Source of the DNA: Mobula hypostoma
Lineage: Eukaryota
NCBI RefSeq assembly: GCF_963921235.1
Contig: NC_086097.1
Location: forward strand, 196,294,001-196,358,000
Direction: 5' to 3'
DNA length: 64,000 nt
Shown piece by piece: positions 1-11,578 of the stretch. A program made the position numbers and the translations under genes. The notes under the pieces are model-generated. The model was not told the origin of the DNA, did no database searches, and worked only from the letters and a program-made list of their open reading frames with translations. Position 1 is the stretch's first letter. Each line of letters begins with the position of its first letter.

Positions 1-70
1 CTCTTGAGAATGCCAGGGACCCAATCTGAGGCATCCCTGATCCTGGCACCATGGAGGCAGCATACCGTCC
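1..70 (-). mobile_element. CR1 LINE ORF1 (esterase region) fragment
   Basis: Reverse complement resembles the CR1 ORF1 'VCCLPGARV' segment; homologous to the + strand copy near 5940-5990. Confidence 0.45.
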
Positions 71-349
71 AGATATTTCAATTGTGCCCACAGATCAAAC
101 TTAGTTGGTAATTAAAGATTACCAGTGTCCCAGTGTAATAAAGAGGAGTTAATTGCCCTCAGTAAGGGAGAGAGAGGGGCTGTGAGAAGTCCACACTAGA
201 CAAGAAGACGTAAAGAACTATTATTGTATTTACTTGTAGATATTTTGTAAATATTGGCAGTTTTCTTTTCACTATTTTCACTAATTTTGTAAGTTTGATT
301 TTTGACAAACATAATAAATACCCTTGTACTAAAGTGCTAAGTAACTCCA

Positions 350-990
350 GCCATTTTTTCTTTGGTCATAACCCACATATCTCACAAGGACACAAATACG
401 AGATCGAATTCAAGAGGACAGCAAATCATGGAAATGCTGCTGGATCATCCCATTTACCCTTGGAAAAGGAAATACCTGAAAAATTTACCAAAGAGGGCAC
501 TCCTCTTGCCATATTCTCCCTAATGCAAATTGTAAGTCTCCCTATTACAGCAAAAATGATCCTAAGGGAAACCAGAAAGGATCTTCAGGCCTACAAGGAA
601 ATTCAAAATAGCTGGGATGTGTGGTAGAGATCCCAGTTCCCTCATTTCCCCCATTTCACCATTGCTACACAGTGCCATACACTCCACAACCAACAGTTCA
701 CCAGCTATGTAGTTCCTTGGTCACCCCTTGTTCTCACACTTATCCTGAAACCCAGTCTCAGAAGGAGTATGCAGGACAAATAGCTGAGGAAAAACTAACG
801 GCCCCTCAAACAAGGAGTCCGATGTTTCATTTCTGGACAAGAAGTCCTGGTAAGGGACTACAGAGCTGATCAAATGTGGGTACTTAGAAAGATTAAGAAC
901 AGAACTGGACCGCTCTACCACACAGTGGACATTGCTTCTGATGTCATCTGGAAACGACACATTGAACATTTGAGTAGAGCAGTCAATTGT
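350..990 (+). mobile_element. Decayed, internally deleted Gypsy LTR-retrotransposon pol remnant
   Basis: YEIEFKRTANHGNAAGSSHLP resembles the RNase H C-terminal 'H.NAD.LSRLP' motif. Downstream frames give HSTTNSSPAM and GQEVLVRDYRADQMWVLRKIKNRTGPLYHTVDIASDVIWKRHIEHL, an integrase C-terminus similar to the 63370-63966 ORF. Confidence 0.7.
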
Positions 991-1249
991 TAGAGAAGAA
1001 AAGTGTCCATAACTATCACACACATATAGGTTCCTTGTTTTTCTATCAATTAGTTTTATGTTTTGGAATTACAAAACCTAACACAACACCTTCTCATTCT
1101 CTTCAGCCATTTCGTTCAAAACCCTGATATGTAGTCCAAATGGTCCAGCTGACTTATCTACCTTTGGACCAGTACAGAGAAAGAGCAGTGCAGGGAGAGA
1201 GTAAGATGCAATGTCTCAAAGAGGTAGATTGTGATGTCAAGGGTCCATT

Positions 1250-1740
1250 TCATCATATTAGGGGTTCAGTCATATTATAACACCAGGGTAGAAGCTGTCT
1301 TTCAGGCTGATGGTATGTTCTTTCAGGCTGATGGTATGTGCTTTCAGGCTGATGGTATGTGCTTTCAGGCTTTTGTATCTTCTGCCTGAATGGACAGGGA
1401 GAAGAGAGAGTATTTGTGTAGGTGGTATCTCTGATTATATTGGCTGCCTGACTAAGACAGTGAGAAGTGTAAACAGTATCCATGGAGAGGAGGCTGGTTT
1501 CAGTGATGTCCTGAGCTCCGTTCACAACTCTCTGCAGTTTCTTGTGGTCACGGGCAGAGCAACAGAAATACCAAGCTGCGATGTTTCCAGATAGGATGGT
1601 GCATCGACAAAACTTGGTAGCAGTCAAAGAGGACAAGCCAGATTTCTTTCAACTACTGAGGAAATGGAAGTGTTGTTGAGTTTCCTTGGCCATAATGTCA
1701 ATATTGTTGATCTAGACAGGCGATATTAATGACCAGGAAT
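1250..1740 (-). mobile_element. Rex1/Babar-like LINE 3' fragment
   Basis: ORF 1253-1636 ILSGNIAAWY..SARDHKKLQRVVNGAQDIT matches the C-terminal RT-adjacent region of this LINE group. Confidence 0.7.
1299..1371. repeat. 21-bp tandem repeat, about 3.5 copies (CTTTCAGGCTGATGGTATGTK)
   Basis: Directly visible; gives the (E[S/R]TYHQP)n peptide in the ORF track. Confidence 0.95.
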
Positions 1741-2928
1741 TTGGATATGTGGACAAATGTGAAGGGATATGGAAGAAATTAGAAAAAGGATACTGAATAT
1801 GGAATGATAAGCCAATATCATGTTGAATGGTGGAGCAGACCAAAAGGGTTGAAAGAACTGCACCTCATTTATTTACATTTTCCTGATTCTGCTTGCGGTG
1901 ATTTCAATTGACATTGTGAATTTTACTTAAGAATTTTCACTAACTTAGATTTCAAGAAAGTAACTAGCAATTGTCAATCTTTTCTTCATTAAAATTCCAC
2001 TGTTATAGGACATTTAATCAGTGTCATGAATGTGATGCAATGAAAAGCCACTTGACATCTGTTTTCAGGTGCTTTACAAATTCTAGGCCAATATAACCTA
2101 CTATGAAAATTTCAGCACTGAAAGAGAACAAAAGCATGTCTGTTTGAAATGCTTGTAACAACATTAGTTTTCCATCAATGAATTGTATCTTAAATCCATT
2201 AAAATTTCCAAAATAGTTCTCTTTTCACTTAACAACTGCAAGTACAGTGATAAACCAAGTTATTGTTGAGTGCCAGCTCTCTTACAATACCCAAGAGAAA
2301 TTTACTTGAAACCACAGATCATTTGATTTTTTTCAATAATTTGGATGTAAAACATAATTAAAAACCAAATTCATTTATTTGAAAAAGCAAAAAAAAAAAT
2401 CTGTAGAAATGATTAGATAAGCTGGGCTTTGGAACCTGGTAAGATGAGGGAAGATGTAAATAAAGTCTTTAAAATTTAAAGAGCTCTAGATGGAAGTGCA
2501 GGAAACATCTATTCACAGTGGCATTAAATTTAAGTCAAAGAGTTGCAAATTTACTGGAAAACCAAATAGAATCCATTTTAATATAAAAATGATATGGTTC
2601 CAGAATTCAATGCCTCAAAGGGCAGAGGAGACAGAAATCTGCACTACACTTTAACAACATTGGATATGCAAACAAATTTGCTTAACGCACAATACATCTA
2701 ACAAAGACATGGAAAGGGGAATAGAGAGAATATTAGATAGATTTTTCTGTCCTGTATTTTGTGATTGGACGGGATTTTCAACCAGCATGATTTCCCCACC
2801 CACATTTCACCTCTACAAATATCTATCAAGCCACCTTAATCACATTATTTATCTTTTGTGTAATAGTTTTAAAAGGCCCTCAGTCTTAAAAGGGAAAAAT
2901 TCTTTAAATTGTTTTCTATTTCTTTTAG

Positions 2929-2974
2929 GTGTGTTGTTTTCAACAATAGAGGAGTTGCTGGAGAGAGACTTCTG
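2929..2974 (+). CDS. ABHD3: Phospholipase ABHD3, internal coding exon (46 nt; probably exon 4): CVVFNNRGVAGERLL
   Basis: ttcttttAG acceptor and GTGAGT donor; peptide matches the ABHD3 'CVVFNNRGVAGE.LL' segment; phase joins the 14317 exon. Confidence 0.93.
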
Positions 2975-3384
2975 GTGAGTTGTTTTTAATCCATACATAC
3001 TGTAGGATCATTTATGTATGCACAAATAAAGTTTACTGGGGGCATTCAATTTAAGAGTAACATACAGTTTTTATGGTATCAGTGAGAAGCAATGTTTGAC
3101 AGAAGTGTACATTAGAAATTCAAACGCAAGCAATGGAACACCTTCAGTTTTCCCTCGGAAAATCATACACTAATTGTGCATATATTGTCAGTAATTAAGC
3201 ATACTTATCTATATCAATATTGCAAAATTCTGCCAGGATATTCCATTTCCTGTCAGTATATTCTCTATCCAACTTAAATTCATTTTACCTTCAGCCACTA
3301 AAGCTGTTTTGGAAGGAATATCTTGTAATTTCTTTTTGAAACAAATCAGGAAAGCAAAACAATGTTGAGATATTGTCATGTTTT

Positions 3385-3805
3385 TTAACAGCAGAGATTC
3401 TGTAGATGCTGGAAATCCAGAGTAACACATACAAAATGCTGGAGAAACTCAGCAGATCAGGCAGAATTCATGGAAAGATATAGCCAATGTCTCAGGCTGA
3501 GACTGTTCATCAGGACTGGAAAGGAAGGGGAATAAGGCAGGTTAAAAAGGTGGGGGGAGAGGAAGGAGTACAAACTAAAAGGTGAAAGGTGAAGCCAGGC
3601 GGGTTGGGAAAGAGGAATGAAGTGATAAACTGGGAGGTGATAGGTGGAAAAGGTAAGGGCTAAAGCAGAAGGAATCTGATAGGAGAGGAGAGTAGACCAC
3701 TGGGAGAAAGGGAAGGAAGATGGACACCAGAAGGAGATGATAGGCAGGTGAGGAGAACCAAAGTTGGGAATGGAAGAAGAGAAAAGGGCAAGGGAGAAAT
3801 ATAGG
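3385..3805 (-). mobile_element. Penelope-like element 3' terminal (pLTR) fragment with degenerate hammerhead core
   Basis: Homologous to 11579-11990; minus strand near 3485-3520 reads CAGTC-CTGATGA...GAGA. Confidence 0.75.
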
Positions 3806-5099
3806 TTGAATTTTTTTGAAAAAAAGGGCTTGAAGGAGTTTCATTCCCTAGATTCATTTTAACATAATTGACAAGATCTCCATCAATTTTCTCTGCAAAT
3901 TTCCAGTGGGCTTTTCATATTGTGGTACTTTGTGCTTACTTTTATATTTCACTGTTCTACTGTCATGAGGGTAGGATTGTAAACTAAACCAGTTACTCCA
4001 AGCATTTTAGCTGCCTCCTTCTGAGAGTTTCATGAAGGTCAATAAAGTTTCCTAGTTTATTCAGGACCATTCCCAGAGTAGGGCTGGAGAGAGAAATTAG
4101 AGCTGTTCATTCTAGCTCATTTCTACAACCTACCCTTATGTGCTTTTTCAGGCTCCATATTCAGGTAAAAATTTTAAAACACCTATACTATAGCTGGTTA
4201 CCTACAGTGGTGCTTTCAAGGATTATTAGGCCAGTCATAGACGTGATTTTTTATGATTTCAGCTGGCTCCGGCCAATGCAAGCCAAACTAATAATGCAAA
4301 GGGATGGGGTAGGGGTTGGTCCCTAATTTGTACGCAAACATTTTAGTGCCCATTTCATTTGGAAAGAGTTACTCTACACAAGTAGAAAATTTTACCAGAA
4401 TGTCCTCTGATGGTAAGTGGAGTCTCTCTGAATGGGTGCATTCCCATAGTCAATGTGAAAACCCATAAATAGACAAATGCATGATAATGAGTGAAGGAGT
4501 TCATAAAATCAAAATAAATAAATATTAAAGGATCTGAAATGCTTTTTACTAAATATTTGAAATGGTTGTGGTTATGAGAAGGAAATAATTTAAATAAAAG
4601 CATTGCATTTAAATGACAACTAATAATACAATAAGTCATCATGAAGTATTCCAAGTACAGACACTGGATAATTTTTTTAATCCACCGCAGATGGCATCTC
4701 CACCTACCAAACTATAGGCTTAGTCACTAGGTTACAACCCATAGTCTTTGTACCCACAATGCATTTCTAGTCTATCAAAGCTAGCATTCAGTCTTGGAAA
4801 AAAGCCAGTAGTATCACAAATTATAATGAACAATACACAACTGTATTTGTTTTAATTCATTCAAAGATTACAGATATTCCCTAATATCCCTGATGGAGAA
4901 GACAATTAAGATTCAATAACATTTGTGGCTCTAATAGCACTTCTAGGCCAGATCAGTTAGGATACTACTGAACCAGAAGGATTTTTTAGAACAATTGTCA
5001 TTTCATGTCTTTCTCTGGGGAAAGAGATCGTGGAGAAAGTTGGAGACTTTACACACTGTTTTAAAAAGTGAACAGGACCTGTTGGGACCTTCTGTGGAG

Positions 5100-6943
5100 C
5101 AGGAGACTGCTTGGGTTTTAGTGACTTAGCAAGGAAGGGCCAATAAAAATAAGTTAGGTTTAAGGAAATGGCCAAGGTGGGAACGTCCATTGTTGAAGTG
5201 GGCCAGGGTTAGAGTGGGAGGCTTTGTCTCAACAGGCAAAGGTAAGAACGGGCAGAGGCTATGAGTGCTGAGTCATTAGGAATCATTTATTTGATTAGAG
5301 AACCTGGCCTTGAGAAGTTAGAGCCAAAAGTATGACAAGCTCAGCGAGGAGATGCTGAGTAAATTACCTAGGTGAGTGTGAAGCTCAAAGGTTTCAGAGA
5401 GAAGCCACAGGTAAAAACAGGTAAGCATTTTTTTTTGTTCTCTGTAAATCCTTAGCCTTTAATTCAGTGCAGGCAAGATGCTAGTTAAGGCAGTGGAATG
5501 TTCCTCCTGTAAGATATGGGATTTCAGAGTAACTAACCGTCTTCCTGATGACGACATCTACAGGAAGTGCACCCAACTTCAGTACCTGTCCAATAAGGTC
5601 AAGGAACTGGAGCTGGAGCTGAATATACTCAGGACCATCTAGGAGGCAGAAAACCTCATAGATGAGACGTTTACTGGTCACACTCAGAGTGAAGGCTTCT
5701 GATAGTAGATGGGTGACCACCTGGAGAAGTAAGGAGAGTAAGCAGTCAGCGCAGGGTTCCTGTGTGGCCATTCCGCTCAAGTATTTTCCTTGGTAACTGC
5801 TGGATGGAATAAACTGTCAGTAGCACCATGTCCAGTTGTGAGGTGCGGCAAGGAAGGGTAAAATCAGGCAGAGCAATGGTGATTGGAGACTCCGTAGTTA
5901 AGGGCATAAACAGAAGATTCTTTGGCTGTGAAAGAGGCACCCAGATAGTGTGGTGCCTTCAAGGTCCAGGATGCCTCAGAGCAGCTGCAGAAGATTCTCA
6001 AGAGGGAAGGTGAGCAGCCAGAGGTCATGGTGCACATTGGCACCAATTTCACAATTTGAAAGTGGGGAGAGGTCATGCACAGTGAGTATAGGGAATTAAG
6101 AAAGGGGTTGAGGAGCAGGACCTCCAAGGTAGTAATCACTGGACTCCCAGTACTATGTGCTGGTCAGGGCAGGAATAGAATGATAATACAGATGAATGAT
6201 TGGCTGAGAAACTAGTGCAGTGGGGCAGGATTTCAAATTCTTGGAACCTGTTCTGGGGCAGAGGTGACCTGTACAAGAGGGCAAGATGCACCTAAACTGG
6301 AGGGGAACCAATATCATGGGCAGGAGTTTTGCTAGTGCTGCTTAGGAAGGTTTAAATAATTTGGCAGGGAGATAGGATCAACAGCCCCAGATTAGAAAGT
6401 GGAAGATTGGAGAGGAAGATGGATGTCAGGGCCAGTAGAAACAGGTGGGAGCAATGTAATAGATACGATGGGATGGGTATTTTGAAGTGTGTGTATTTTA
6501 ATGCAGTGAGTATTACAGGTAAAGGTGATGAATTTACAGCATAGATCAGTACATAAAAACTATGACATTGTGGCCATTACAGAGACTGTGTTGAGAAAGT
6601 GACAGGAACGGGTGTTTAATATCACAGAGTTTCAATATTTTAGAGAAGATAGAGAGGAAGGTAAAAGAGTGTGTGTGTGGGGGGGGGGTTGCATTATTAA
6701 TCAGGGGCAATATCACAGCTGCACTCAGAGGGGCCATAATAGAGAGCCCATCCACTGAGTCTATATGGGTCAAACTCAAATTGGGAAGGAACCCCCTCCC
6801 CAATATTCACAGAACAATGAGGTACAGATATGCAGGCAGATTAAGGGAAAGTATAAAAACAATAGAGTTGTTGTCATGGGGAACTTCAACTTCCCTAATA
6901 TAAACAGGAACAATTTAGAGCAAGAAGTTTAGATGAAGCAGAG
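5100..6943 (+). mobile_element. Old CR1 LINE, 5' part (ORF1 with Cys motif and GDSL-type esterase; start of ORF2 APE endonuclease)
   Basis: ECSSC...RKC motif from about 5495, AMVIGDSVVKG, YDIVAITET, GGGVALLIR; many stops and frameshifts. Confidence 0.85.
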
Positions 6944-8877
6944 GTGCCAGAGGATTGGAGAGTGGCTCATGTTGTTCCGTTGTTTAAAAAAGGATCGAAA
7001 AGTAATCTGGGAAATTATAGGCCGGTGAGTTTAACGTTGGTAGTAGGTAAGTTATTGGAGGGAGTACTAAGAGACAGAATCTACAAGCATTTGGATGGAC
7101 AGGGATTTATTAGGGAGAGTCAACATGGCTTTGAGCGTGGTAGGTCATGTTTGACCAATCTATTGGAGTTTTTCGAGGAGGTTACCAGGAAAGTGGATGA
7201 AGGGAAGGCAGTGGATATTGTCTACATGGATTTCAATAAGGCCTTTGACAAGGTCCCGCATGGGAGGTTAGTTAGGAAAATTCAGTCGCTAGGTATACAT
7301 GGAGAGGTGGTAAATTGGATTAGACATTGGCTCAATGGAAGAAGCCAAAGAGTGGTAGTAGAGAATTGCTTCTCTGAGTGGAGGCCTGTGACTAGTGGTG
7401 TGCCACAGGGATCAGTGCTGGGTCCATTGTTATTTGTCATCTATATTCCTGGGATGGCAGGACTTTCATATGAAGAAAGACTGGATGAACTGGGCTTGTA
7501 CTCGTTGGAATTTAGAAGATTGAGGGGGGATCTGATTGAAACGTATAAGATCCTAAAGGGATTGGACAGGCTAGATGCAGGAAGATTGTTCCCGATGTTG
7601 GGGAAGTCCAGAACGAGGGGTCACAGTTTGAGGATAGAGGGGAAGCCTTTTAGGACCGAGATGAGGAAAAACTTCTTCACACAGAGAGTGGTGAATCTGT
7701 GGAATTCTCTGCCACAGGAAACTGTTGAGGCCAGTTCATTGGCTATGTTTAAGAGGGAGTTACATATGGCCCTTGTGGCTACAGGGGTCAGGGGGTATGG
7801 AGGGAAGGCTGGGGCGGGGTTCTGAGCTGGATGATCAGCCATGATCGTAATAAATGGCGGTGCAGGCTCGAAGGGCCGAATGGCCTACTCCTGCACCTAT
7901 TTTCTATGTTTCTATGTTTCTATATTAATGATCTGGATGATAATGTGGTAAATTGGATCAGCAAATTTGCTCATGATACAAAGATTGGAGGTGTAGTAGA
8001 CAGTGAGGAAGGTTTTCATAGCCTGCAGAGGGACTTGGACCAGCTGGAAAAATGGGCTGAAAAATGGCAGATGGAGTTTAATACAGACAAGTGTGAGGTA
8101 TTGCACGTTGGAAGGACAAACCAAGGTAGAACATACAGGGTTAATGGTAAGGCACTGAGGAGTGCAGTAGAACAGAGGGATCTGGGAATACAGATACAAA
8201 ATTCCCTAAGAATGGCGTCACAAGTAGATAGGGTCGTAAAGAGAGCTTTTGGTACATTGGCCTTTATTAATCAAAGTATTGAGTATAAGAGCTGTTATGA
8301 TGAGGTTGTATAAGGCACTGGCGAGGCCGAATCTGGAGTATTGTTTTCAGTTTTGGTCACCAAATTACAGGAAGGATATAAATAAGGTTGAAAGAGTGCA
8401 GAGAAGGTTTACAAGGATGTTGCCAGGACTTGAGAAACTCAGTTACAGAGAAAGGTTGAATAGGTTAGGACTTTATTCCCTGGAGCGTAGAAGAATGAGG
8501 GAAGATTTGATAGAGGTATATAAAATTATGATGGGTATAGATAGAGTGAATGCAAGCAGGCTTTTTCCACTGAGGCAAGGGGAGAAAAAAACCAGAGGAC
8601 ATGGGTTAAGGGTGAGGGGGGAAAGTTTAAAGGGAACATTAGGGGGGGCTTCTTCACACAGAGAGTGGTGGGAGTATGGAATGAGCTGCCAGATGAGGTG
8701 GTAAATGTGGGTTCTTTTTTAACATTTAAGAATAAATTGGACAGATACATGGATGGGAGGTGTATGGAGGGATATGGTCCGTGTGCAGGTCAGTGGGACA
8801 AGGCTGAAAATGGTTCGGCACAGCCAAGAAGGGTCAAAAGGCCTGTTTCTGTGCTGTAGTTTCTATGGTTTCTATGT
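6944..8877 (+). mobile_element. Younger 5'-truncated CR1 LINE (ORF2 RT and 3' UTR) inserted into the older CR1
   Basis: PEDWRVA..NYRPVSLT..GVPQGSVLGPLLF, FAHD (FADD variant), TTCTATG tail near 8860-8877; the host frame resumes at about 8878. Confidence 0.9.
7448..7918 (+). mobile_element. Very young CR1 3' end nested in the CR1 above
   Basis: TSD TCTATATT at 7440-7447 and 7919-7926; (TTTCTATG)n tail; nearly identical to the reverse complement of about 47230-47700. Confidence 0.92.
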
Positions 8878-11125
8878 TTGATACATCCAGGAGTTTTCTG
8901 AAATCAATATATAGAAAGCCAAAAAGAGGAGGAACTTTACTGGACTTGATGTTGGTTAATGAGCCTGGCCAGGTGACTGACCTTTCAGTGGGTCAGCAGT
9001 TACGGAACAGTGGCCGCAACTACTTAAGATTTAAGATAGCTACAGATAAGGATAAGTATGGATTTTGGAGGAGAGTATTAAATTGGAACAGGGCAAATTA
9101 TGGAAGCATTAGACAGGGACCAGGGAGAGTTAATTGGGGTCAGCTGTTTTTGGACAAGTCTAAATCTGACATGTGGAGGGTGTTTAAATATCAATTGCTC
9201 AGAATACAGGACAGGTATGTTCCAGAAAAAAAGGAAGAAAATGATGCCAAGCTAAGAGAACCTTGGATGTCGAGAGAGGTGATTAATTTAGTCAAGTAGA
9301 AAAAGGAAAAGTATGCAAAGCTTGGGAAGCTAGAATGAAACAGAGCCCTTGAAGGGAATTAGAAAAGCCGGGAAGGGCCATAAAAAGCCCTTGGAAAGTT
9401 AGATTAAAAAGAATCCCAAGCCACTTGACACATACATCCAGAGAAACAGGATAATTAGGGAGAGGCTAACTAGAGAGACCACTCAAGAGTAAAGGCAGGA
9501 ACATTTGCTTGGATGCAGAAAATGTGGGTGAGGTCCTTAATGACTACTTTACATCAGTATTTAAGCAGGAAAAGGACATGGAAGACAGGCAGATCAGTGC
9601 CAAGAGTACTAACATGCTAGGGTATTTCGAGGTAAAGAAGGACGTAGTGTTTGGTCTCTTAAGGAGCATTAAGAAGGATGAATCCCCAGGGCCTTAAGGG
9701 ATATACATCAGGTTATTGAGAGAGGCAAGAGATGAGATTGCTGGGGTCTTGACCAATATTTTTGTGCTCTCTCTAGCCAAAGGTAAGGTCCTAGTAGACT
9801 GACATTATTCAAGATCCATTATCCTGGAAACTATAGACCAGTGAATCTCACGTCAACGGCAGGGAAATTATTGGAGAGAATTCCTAGTGATGGTATTTAT
9901 GAACATTTGGAAAACCATGGTCTAATTAGGAAGAGCCAGCATAGCTTTGGGTGGGGCAAATCATGTTTTACTAACTTGATTCAGTGTATTGACGAGGTGA
10001 CAAAGAGCTGTGGATGTTGTTTATATGGATTTTAGTAAGGTGTTTAGTAAGGTCCCTCATGGGAAGCTCATCCAGAAAATCAAGATGCATGGGACTCATG
10101 GTGAATTAGCCATTTGGATTCAGAACTGGCTTGTCCATAGATGACAGAGGGTAGTAGTCAAAGGGAAATTCTTTCTGGAGAGTTTGGAGAGTTGTGATAG
10201 TGGTGTCATGTGGGGATCTGTATTAGGAAACTAGTTATATGCCAGAAGTCTGTGAGTGTCAGGGAGCAGGAGTGAGTACCAATGCTATTACAAGGGAAAA
10301 AGTGCTAGGCAAATTGAAAGGTCTTAAGGTGGATAAGTCATCTGGACCAGATGCACTACATCCCAGAGTCCTGAGAGTGGTTGCTGAAGAGATAACGGAT
10401 GCATTGTTCATGATCTTTCAAGAATCACTTGATTCTGGCATGGGAAAATTGCAAATCTTCACTCTTTAAGAAGGGAGGAAGACAAAAAAGAGAAAATTGT
10501 AGGCCAGTTAGCCTATCCTCAGTGCTTGGGAAAGTGTTGGAGTCTATTATTAAGGATAAGGTTATCTGGCCTCATGTGAGGCACTTTATCAAACACCTTC
10601 TGAAAATCTAAGTAAATAACATCCACTGCCTCTCCTTTGTCTACCGTTTGTTACTTCCTTGAAGAACTTTAACAGATTTGTCAGGCAAGATTTCCCTTTA
10701 CAGTAACCATGCTGACTTTGACTTATTTTATCATTAGTCTCCAAGTACACCAAAACCTCATCGGGTTCGGAGAGAGTGCAGAAGAGGATTATCAGGACTA
10801 TGCCTAGTTTAGAGAGTATGTGCTTTAACAAGTAGTTGGACAAACTTGGGTTGTTTTCTCCAGAATGCCAGAGGCTATCTATAGACAGACAGCATCATTT
10901 TCCCATGGTTCAAATGAGTTTCCCTGAGTTTCTAGGGCATGTATTTAAGGCAAAGGTGGTAGGTTTAAAGGAGATGCAAGGGGCAAGTTTTTACACAGAG
11001 TTGTGGATGCCTGGAATGTGCTGCCTGGGGTGGTGGTAGATTCAGATAAATTAGAGACTTTTCAGAGACATTTAGATAGTCACGTGAATGTGAGGGAAAA
11101 GGAAGGATATGGAGTTTGCACACTT
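8878..11125 (+). mobile_element. Old CR1 ORF2 continuation and 3' end, interrupted at about 10235-10762 by an internally inverted CR1 piece
   Basis: LDLMLVNEPG, VLNDYFTSVF, SQHSF..KSCFTNL motifs in broken frames. Confidence 0.8.
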
Positions 11126-11578
11126 GACTGTACAGCCAAATAGCCAAGTTATCACATTCTCAAGTTCGCCGACGACACATCAATGGTGGGGCGCACCACT
11201 AACAATAATGAGATGGCCTACAAAGAGGAGGTAGACACCTGGTGCCAAGCAAATAACCTCTTTCTCAATGTTGACAAGACAAAGGAGATGGTTATCAACT
11301 TCAGGAGAGCTGACACACACACACCCCTCTTTACATTAGTGGCACAGCAGTGGGAACTGCAAACAGTTTCAGAGTTCTGGGAGTTCACATCTCACATAAC
11401 TGTGCATGGTTGCAGAATATATTATACACAATCAGGAAAGCTTACCAATTCTGAGGAGGCTGAAGAGAACTGGGCATGCACATCTATACTCAGTTATTCT
11501 GCACTGTAGAGAGCATTCTGACATGTTGCATCACTGGATGATACGGAAACTGCACTATGGCAGACAGGAAAGCTCTAC

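Noticed and set aside
1299..1371. CRISPR-like array (also the 46-bp repeats at 17806-17947)
   Set aside because: Head-to-tail tandem copies with no unique spacers, inside eukaryotic TEs.
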